Of a stretch of DNA of 64,000 nucleotides, positions 58,366 through 64,000 are shown one piece after another; position 1 is the stretch's first letter; each line of letters begins with the position of its first letter. The stretch is taken from sequence record PZ583743.1; one strand, written 5' to 3'. The stretch comes from a phage. The notes beneath the pieces are model-generated. The model worked only from the letters and a program-made list of their open reading frames with translations. It ran no database searches and had not been told where the DNA came from. The translations under genes were made by a program, and so were the position numbers.

Positions 58366-58648
58366 TCATATCCTCAATCTGCGATCTAGTAGTCTTCCAA
58401 AGAATACTAATGAGTTCATCGTTATATGGCTGTTTTAGAATATCCCGACTTTTCTTGATAGCATATTCGTATTGAGCAAAATTATTGTTTTCAGCTGCAA
58501 TCTGAGCGTGTTTATAAAGACGGTTCAGTTCGCGTTTATTTTTAGACAATAACTTATTTGCTTTTCTTTCTGCTTCAAGACGGTTCTTTTCTTCAATAGA
58601 AGAAATAAGCTTTTCCACTTCATCATTAATTTCGGGTTTATCAGTCAT
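58331..58648 (-). CDS. Hypothetical protein (105 aa)
   Basis: ORF track. Confidence 0.5.
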   Translation of the reverse strand: MTDKPEINDEVEKLISSIEEKNRLEAERKANKLLSKNKRELNRLYKHAQIAAENNNFAQYEYAIKKSRDILKQPYNDELISILWKTTRSQIEDMIDAYTRKIQAS

Positions 58649-58649
58649 A

Positions 58650-58868
58650 TTATTTCTCTAATATAAAATAAAAATCATCATCTGTTAAATGATACCGATA
58701 GTTTAATTCTACACCATTAGATTTAAAAGCGGTATCATACGGATTTTCTGGATCAATATCAATGTCAAGAGCTAAAACTTCCCTGAGATACATTTTAAGT
58801 AAATAGGGAATAGCTTCAACTTCAGGTATTTCTTCCAAGAATCCGGAGAGGTTAATCGTTAGCCTCAT
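58650..58868 (-). CDS. Hypothetical protein (72 aa)
   Basis: ORF track. Confidence 0.5.
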   Translation of the reverse strand: MRLTINLSGFLEEIPEVEAIPYLLKMYLREVLALDIDIDPENPYDTAFKSNGVELNYRYHLTDDDFYFILEK

Positions 58869-59409
58869 ATAAAAAATCCAAATTAGGAGAATCGTCTACA
58901 ACACTTTTCTTTTCAGCCCCCGGTGTTCTATAGGTTGATTCTTCGTAATGCGTCATTTTATCGTAGATGTCTTGAATAAAAGTTTCATCTACTAACGCAA
59001 CCATATCGTCGTCACGACTGTCATAGACATTGTGAACGAAGTAACTGTATTTCTTTGCAACTTCCTTACGTTCTTTTTTAATACGTTGGACGAATGCATT
59101 AAAACAAGCTTGAGTTATATATGCATGTGGGTTTTTATATTTCGTTTCATCAAAATTATGAAGCCCCTTAATAGAAGCTTCTATACCATCTGCAATCATT
59201 TCTTGTTTCCAGGATTGGGTGTATCCTGAAAAGTTGAAACGTTTAGATAAGCCTTCTGCAATAAGCATAATGGCTAATCCGATAGTATCATTCTGACGAA
59301 CTACTTTATTTGGGTCTTTATTATTTGCTAATTCTGTTTTCCAATCAATAATAGCTTGTAAAAGCTCTTTATTGTTTACGTAATTATATTTAGGCTTAGT
59401 TTCTGACAT
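58852..59409 (-). CDS. 55: gp55 sigma factor for late transcription
   Basis: ATG at 59409 gives 185 aa [24 protein letters not shown] as in T4; ORF-track start is an upstream GTG. Confidence 0.9.
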   Translation of the reverse strand: MSETKPKYNYVNNKELLQAIIDWKTELANNKDPNKVVRQNDTIGLAIMLIAEGLSKRFNFSGYTQSWKQEMIADGIEASIKGLHNFDETKYKNPHAYITQACFNAFVQRIKKERKEVAKKYSYFVHNVYDSRDDDMVALVDETFIQDIYDKMTHYEESTYRTPGAEKKSVVDDSPNLDFLYEAND

Positions 59410-59489
59410 TTTCACCTCTTAGCTCAATTCATAGATCTATTATATCATAATATTTGAAGATCTATCTTAAAGCATAGAGGATGAATCAG

Positions 59490-59759
59490 TTATCTAAGTA
59501 AACAGTATGCTTGGAATACTTTCTCCATCATCTTTTTAAATTCATGAATATCTATATAATGACTAGTTAGATCAGCATGATATAAAAAGTCTAAAAACTT
59601 TTCATATGTACTAACATATTCACTTTCATTTAATTCAGAAACATGGCTTTCCCAATATCCAACACCAGTCTTATTTGGGAAAAATGAAATTTTCATGCAT
59701 TGATCAACATAGAAAATGCCATAATTTTCAATAGTAATAGAAATATTAATAAATTTCAT
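59490..59759 (-). CDS. Hypothetical protein (89 aa)
   Basis: ORF track. Confidence 0.45.
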   Translation of the reverse strand: MKFINISITIENYGIFYVDQCMKISFFPNKTGVGYWESHVSELNESEYVSTYEKFLDFLYHADLTSHYIDIHEFKKMMEKVFQAYCLLR

Positions 59760-59977
59760 GCATTCATCAACTTAGCCGCTTCAAGAGCTGCATCTAGTGA
59801 ATCAAACTGGTCAACGTATTCAATCAATTCGCCATAATTAGCGTATAACCACCATTGGCTAAATTCATACTCAAGGATGAATCCATTTCCTTCAATTTGA
59901 GTTAAACCAATGCCGTTTGTATTTACTTCATATCCGGCAAGACGTAAATCGTTAATAAGAGCTTCGTTCATATTCAT
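59756..59977 (-). CDS. Hypothetical protein (73 aa)
   Basis: ORF track. Confidence 0.45.
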   Translation of the reverse strand: MNMNEALINDLRLAGYEVNTNGIGLTQIEGNGFILEYEFSQWWLYANYGELIEYVDQFDSLDAALEAAKLMNA

Positions 59978-60300
59978 ACCTTAGCAATTTTCAGGTCAGC
60001 AAATTTTTTCTTGCGTTGATTTTTCATACGACGAATAGTTTTATCGGAAATTTCATGCTTTTGATAAGCTTTAGATTCTACACCAAAAGCTTTAACATCA
60101 AATTCTGACAAGATATATTGAACCAACAATTCACGGACAGTATTGCGTCCAATCTTCTGATCATTCTGTTTCATCGTCTGATGAAGCTCTTTTTCCCATT
60201 TATCCAAAATTTGAGGAGTTACAATATCGCCTTTTTCTAGCAAAGAAACTACTTTATCATATGCGTAAGAATTGATGGCGTTTTTAATTTGAATAGTCAT
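59974..60300 (-). CDS. Hypothetical protein (108 aa)
   Basis: ORF track. Confidence 0.5.
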   Translation of the reverse strand: MTIQIKNAINSYAYDKVVSLLEKGDIVTPQILDKWEKELHQTMKQNDQKIGRNTVRELLVQYILSEFDVKAFGVESKAYQKHEISDKTIRRMKNQRKKKFADLKIAKV

Positions 60301-60340
60301 ACATTATCCTCAATTACGTTAAAATTTTATTATCCAAAAA

Positions 60341-60352
60341 GGGCCGAAGCCC
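60341..60352 (-). repeat. C(UUCG)G hairpin abutting an ORF stop
   Basis: gggccgaagccc read directly. Confidence 0.6.
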
Positions 60353-60553
60353 TTAGCTAAACTGTTTGGCACCCTTCCAGCCTTCGTACATCATTGCGAC
60401 TGACAATGACAAAGCTCCTTCACATGCTGCATACTTATTATTCCAGAACCAGTTTAGAAAAACTTCATCCTCAATACCATTGTGTTTCATGTTCTGGAAA
60501 AATTTAGCACGTTCTTCAGCAATTCGTTGTGATAATTTAGATTCAGGATTCAT
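60353..60553 (-). CDS. Hypothetical protein (66 aa)
   Basis: ORF track. Confidence 0.45.
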   Translation of the reverse strand: MNPESKLSQRIAEERAKFFQNMKHNGIEDEVFLNWFWNNKYAACEGALSLSVAMMYEGWKGAKQFS

Positions 60554-60769
60554 TTAAATTTTCCAGTTACCGTTTTCATCAATGAATTTAATCCAGTCAT
60601 TTACTGACCACTTAGTCGTATCGCCTTTTGGAGCAACATTTAAAGTGTATAATCCTTGTTTAAAAAGCATTCGTTTGATATTCATATTTTCCTCAGCTGT
60701 AACGATAGCACTCGTTTGATTTGCGCTTAGCAACTCGTTGAGAAGTATTGTAATCAAAATCGTCATCAA
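60554..60769 (-). CDS. Hypothetical protein (71 aa)
   Basis: ORF track. Confidence 0.4.
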   Translation of the reverse strand: MMTILITILLNELLSANQTSAIVTAEENMNIKRMLFKQGLYTLNVAPKGDTTKWSVNDWIKFIDENGNWKI

Positions 60770-61031
60770 TGTAAACTGATTTTTTCAACTTTCTTACTTC
60801 ACTGCGTAATTGACGATTTAGCTCATCTTTAACTTCTGAATCAATGCCTTTCATTCTACGCCATTTATCTGAGCGAAAAATGTTTTCAACCATATCTTTA
60901 TGACTTACACCATCAGGAGCTTTACGCTTTCCGAAATAGTCATAATCACGTACTTTTAAATCTTTACGACGATACGTTTTACCCATGGAGTTTAATTTCC
61001 TTAGCAACTGAACTAAATACAGCACGGTCAC
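60693..61031 (-). CDS. Hypothetical basic protein (112 aa or ~97 aa from internal start)
   Basis: ORF track; Lys/Arg-rich. Confidence 0.45.
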   Translation of the reverse strand: MTVLYLVQLLRKLNSMGKTYRRKDLKVRDYDYFGKRKAPDGVSHKDMVENIFRSDKWRRMKGIDSEVKDELNRQLRSEVRKLKKSVYIDDDFDYNTSQRVAKRKSNECYRYS

Positions 61032-61161
61032 AAATCATCTGTTTATGTAACTTGAGTATAAGATAATAAACTTCAAAACCGTTTACATAAGTAACACGAA
61101 CAACATTACCATTAATAAAATAATATTGTCCCTTTTTAATTTCTTTATCAACCACAACCAT
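60979..61161 (-). CDS. Hypothetical protein (60 aa)
   Basis: ORF track; early promoter upstream. Confidence 0.4.
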   Translation of the reverse strand: MVVVDKEIKKGQYYFINGNVVRVTYVNGFEVYYLILKLHKQMICDRAVFSSVAKEIKLHG

Positions 61162-61190
61162 ATCAAATCCTCAAAGGCAATTCATATGTT

Positions 61191-61232
61191 AATAATACCA
61201 TAGTTTGAACTTCTTGTAAACAACTTTGTGAA
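61191..61232 (-). promoter_or_regulatory. Early promoter
   Basis: Plus-strand taataatacc...gtaaac. Confidence 0.45.
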
Positions 61233-61319
61233 AATTATTTTAGGGAATGATAAGAAGGTAACGATAGATTAGAATGGTAATATACAGAATGTGAGAAAGA
61301 AAGGCCCAGAGGGCCCGTC

Positions 61320-61644
61320 TTAGTCTTCTATGATATCTCTATCATATCCAAGTGAAATGAGAGTTTCTTTGAAGTGTTTAATGTTCTTTTGTCTAGAATC
61401 ATTAATGAAAATGACTGGATAACGAATGTTAAGAGATGTGAATCCAGCGCGTTTAGCAAGAGATACAATCAGTGGACGATCATACTCAATCTTACCGTTA
61501 TTTGTAAGAACTTTATAGAAAGTAAAAGGAGCATTGAGCTCCTTTAGAAGTTTTGTAACTGATTGACATCCAGGACAACGACCTACTTCATCTGGAATTC
61601 CATAGACTTCAATCTTATTCTTTAAGTTCGAGTTTTGTTCCACG
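61320..61644 (-). CDS. nrdH: NrdH-like glutaredoxin
   Basis: CPGC redox motif preceded by KIEVYG; probable GTG start at 61644 (108 aa); ORF-track frame. Confidence 0.6.
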
Positions 61645-61926
61645 AGAAATAATTCCTTGATAAGCCCAGTATGGCGGGTTAACAGAATCATCGCCAGAAT
61701 TTTCTTCAGGAAAATAAACCTGGATAACAAATCCAGATGCATCAAAGGTAAAATAAACCGTAGGTAATTCACCTAACAATTCAGCGCGGTTATTAATTTC
61801 TTCGAGTTCTCGTTCTCGTCCAGCCCAAAAACTAGGATTTAGACTACATTCATAGAAATAATAGTCATTACCGAACATATCAAAACCATTCCAACTCTCT
61901 ACCACATACCGCTCAAAACTAATCAT
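61615..61926 (-). CDS. Hypothetical protein (103 aa)
   Basis: ORF track. Confidence 0.45.
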   Translation of the reverse strand: MISFERYVVESWNGFDMFGNDYYFYECSLNPSFWAGRERELEEINNRAELLGELPTVYFTFDASGFVIQVYFPEENSGDDSVNPPYWAYQGIISRGTKLELKE

Positions 61927-61928
61927 AA

Positions 61929-62144
61929 TTAAGCCTTTTTATCAAGAACAGCATTCAGTTTGTTAGTAATTTTATCCAGGCGCTCATTGAACTCGCTAGA
62001 AGACAGTCCTTTTTCTGGAGAAATTAAGCTAATCACGAAAAATATAGCAATAAAAGGAATAAGAAAAATAGCTCCAACTGCCATAAACAAAAAGAACGTT
62101 ACAGTTGTAAGAAAATCAGCTAAACCTTTACGAAATTTATACAT
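61929..62144 (-). CDS. Small membrane protein (71 aa)
   Basis: ORF track; hydrophobic FLFMAVGAIFLIPFIAIFFVISLI. Confidence 0.45.
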   Translation of the reverse strand: MYKFRKGLADFLTTVTFFLFMAVGAIFLIPFIAIFFVISLISPEKGLSSSEFNERLDKITNKLNAVLDKKA

Positions 62145-62259
62145 ATTTTACCCTTAATTGATTAACCAAGCATTGATAAGTACTAAACTATACTGCGAAT
62201 AAAATTCTGGACCAAAATGAAAAACCATATCATTTATAGTATCAATAATATAATTCAGT

Positions 62260-62730
62260 TTAATCATGTTTCCACACCCCATCGGTATTTGACCAAAGTC
62301 GCTGATTATCTGAACCTCGCCACAGCTTTTTGGTCGGAAGATTTTTCTCATACTTCCCATCAATAATAACATCAACATATTTAAGCATTTCTAGTTGTTT
62401 AATATCTTCAAACTTATATCCTGTCCACAACCAAATGCTTTTATTCGGATAAAGATTTTTTACTGTTTGAACAATGCAATGAACAACATCTCGGTTATCA
62501 GGATAAAGAGGGTCTCCTCCAGTTATAGTTAATCCTTCTATATAATCATTATTCAAACATTCAATTAATTGTTCTAGTGTTTCACCAGTAAATGGAACGC
62601 CATTTCTAGCATTCCATGTTGATTTATTATAACACCCTTCACATTTATGCAAACACCCCGTAACGAAAAGAACGACCCTGCATCCAGGGCCATTCACAAA
62701 ATCACAGGGATAAAATCTATCGTAATTCAT
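62260..62730 (-). CDS. nrdG: NrdG anaerobic ribonucleotide reductase activase (radical SAM)
   Basis: 156 aa as in T4; cysteine cluster CLHKCEGCYN. Confidence 0.85.
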   Translation of the reverse strand: MNYDRFYPCDFVNGPGCRVVLFVTGCLHKCEGCYNKSTWNARNGVPFTGETLEQLIECLNNDYIEGLTITGGDPLYPDNRDVVHCIVQTVKNLYPNKSIWLWTGYKFEDIKQLEMLKYVDVIIDGKYEKNLPTKKLWRGSDNQRLWSNTDGVWKHD

Positions 62731-64000
62731 TGGTGTTTAACCCTATGCATGATTTCTTTATTTTTGCCAAGATTAAATCCGCGTTCGTTCGGATTTCCCA
62801 AATAGCCACATGTTCTTCTTATTGTGTTCATCTTTTTAGGATCAGTTTCTCCACAAATAGAACAAACAAATCCGGTTTCAGTAGGAGTCATTTCATGGGT
62901 ACTTCCACACGTAAAACATTTATCTACTGGCATATTAACACCAAAATAATCTAAATGTTGTGCAGCATAATCCCATACAGCCTCAAGGCCTTTTAAGTTA
63001 TTTTTCATATCAGGAAGTTCAACATAAGAAATGTGACCACCTGTCGCAATGAAATGATACGGTGCTTCGCGAGAAATCTTTTCAAATGGAGTAATATTTT
63101 CTTCTACTGAAACGTGGAAACTGTTAGTGTACCAGCCTTTATCGGTAACATCTTTTACACTTCCATATTTTTCGGTATCAAGTTTACAGAAGCGATAGCA
63201 CAGGTTTTCAGCAGGAGTAGAATACAAACTAAAAGCAAATCCGGTTCTTTCTGTCCATTGTTTAAGATGAGTATTCATTTTAGTTAAAATTTCTTGTCCA
63301 ATATCACGACCGACAAGAATATTCAATTCGTGAATACCAATGTATCCTAAAGACACTGAACTTCTACCGTTTTTAAATAACTCAATTATGTCGTCATCAG
63401 GTTTAAGACGAACCCCGAATGCACCTTCTTGGTAAAGAATAGGAGCAACAGTCGCTTTAACTCCTTTTAAGGAACTAATTCTACACATCAAAGCTTCAAA
63501 ACATAAATCCATTCGCTCATTGAACAATTCAGTAAATTTCTGTTCATTGAACTGTGTTCCAATATAAGAATCCAACGCAATACGAGGAAGATTCAGTGTT
63601 ACAACACCAAGATTATTACGTCCATCAAGAATTTCATTACCGGTTGAATCTTTCCACGCGCTCAAGAAACTGCGGCAACCCATTGGAGAAACAGGAATAG
63701 ATGAGCCGGTGATAGCTTTATTGTTCTTAGCTGAAATAATATCAGGATACATCCTTTTGCTTGCACACTCTAGAGCAAGCTGCTTAATATCATAGTTCGG
63801 ATCGTCTTTATAAAGATTGACACCCTCTTCAACGAACATAACAAGCTTAGGGAAAATAGGAGTTATCCCATCACGACCGAGACCTTTAATACGATTTTTC
63901 AGAATTGCTTTCTGAATCATTCGTTCAGTCCAGTCAGTTCCCGTACCAAATGTAATTGTTACAAAAGGAGTCTGTCCGTTTGAACTAAAGAGAGTATTTA
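62727..64000 (-). CDS. nrdD: NrdD anaerobic ribonucleotide reductase, C-terminal ~423 aa; 5' end lies beyond window end
   Basis: Glycyl-radical motif RRTCGYLG and C-terminal zinc-ribbon cysteines; frame stays open to position 64000. Confidence 0.85.
   Translation of the reverse strand, partial: NTLFSSNGQTPFVTITFGTGTDWTERMIQKAILKNRIKGLGRDGITPIFPKLVMFVEEGVNLYKDDPNYDIKQLALECASKRMYPDIISAKNNKAITGSSIPVSPMGCRSFLSAWKDSTGNEILDGRNNLGVVTLNLPRIALDSYIGTQFNEQKFTELFNERMDLCFEALMCRISSLKGVKATVAPILYQEGAFGVRLKPDDDIIELFKNGRSSVSLGYIGIHELNILVGRDIGQEILTKMNTHLKQWTERTGFAFSLYSTPAENLCYRFCKLDTEKYGSVKDVTDKGWYTNSFHVSVEENITPFEKISREAPYHFIATGGHISYVELPDMKNNLKGLEAVWDYAAQHLDYFGVNMPVDKCFTCGSTHEMTPTETGFVCSICGETDPKKMNTIRRTCGYLGNPNERGFNLGKNKEIMHRVKHQ

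Noticed and set aside
62154-62378. 74-aa minus-strand ORF overlapping nrdG
   Set aside because: It overlaps nrdG's 3' part in another frame; nrdG is supported by its radical-SAM cysteine motif.

Overview
This window reads as a contiguous, densely packed segment of a T-even (T4-like, Tequatrovirus) coliphage genome. Gene order and protein lengths match my recollection of T4 almost one-for-one: 32(partial)-59-33-dsbA-rnh on the minus strand, the long-tail-fibre block 34-35-36-37-38-t on the plus strand, then a long minus-strand early/middle block asiA-arn-motA-52-ac-stp-ndd-denB-rIIB-rIIA-39-motB-dexA-dda-srd-modA-modB-soc-56-dam-61-sp-dmd-41-40-uvsX-42-imm-43-regA-62-44-45-rpbA-46-47-a-gt-55-nrdH-nrdG-nrdD(partial). 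Several traits point to a T2/T6-type rather than T4-type phage: a 260-aa glycine-rich gp38 adhesin, a 982-aa gp37 with a C-terminal self-cleaving chaperone-like module, an uninterrupted 606-aa gene 39 (no gene 60 split), a 282-aa GT-A glycosyltransferase where T4 has beta-gt, and no homing endonuclease genes at the 56/soc or nrdG/nrdD junctions. No tRNA, rRNA, CRISPR array or integrase was found. The best candidate for something undescribed is a translationally coupled pair upstream of dam: a 186-aa ORF with a PD-(D/E)xK nuclease-like motif, plus a small opposite-strand membrane ORF, in a gap I do not recall being occupied in T4. All identifications are from reading the sequence and memory of T4 proteins; no database search was run.
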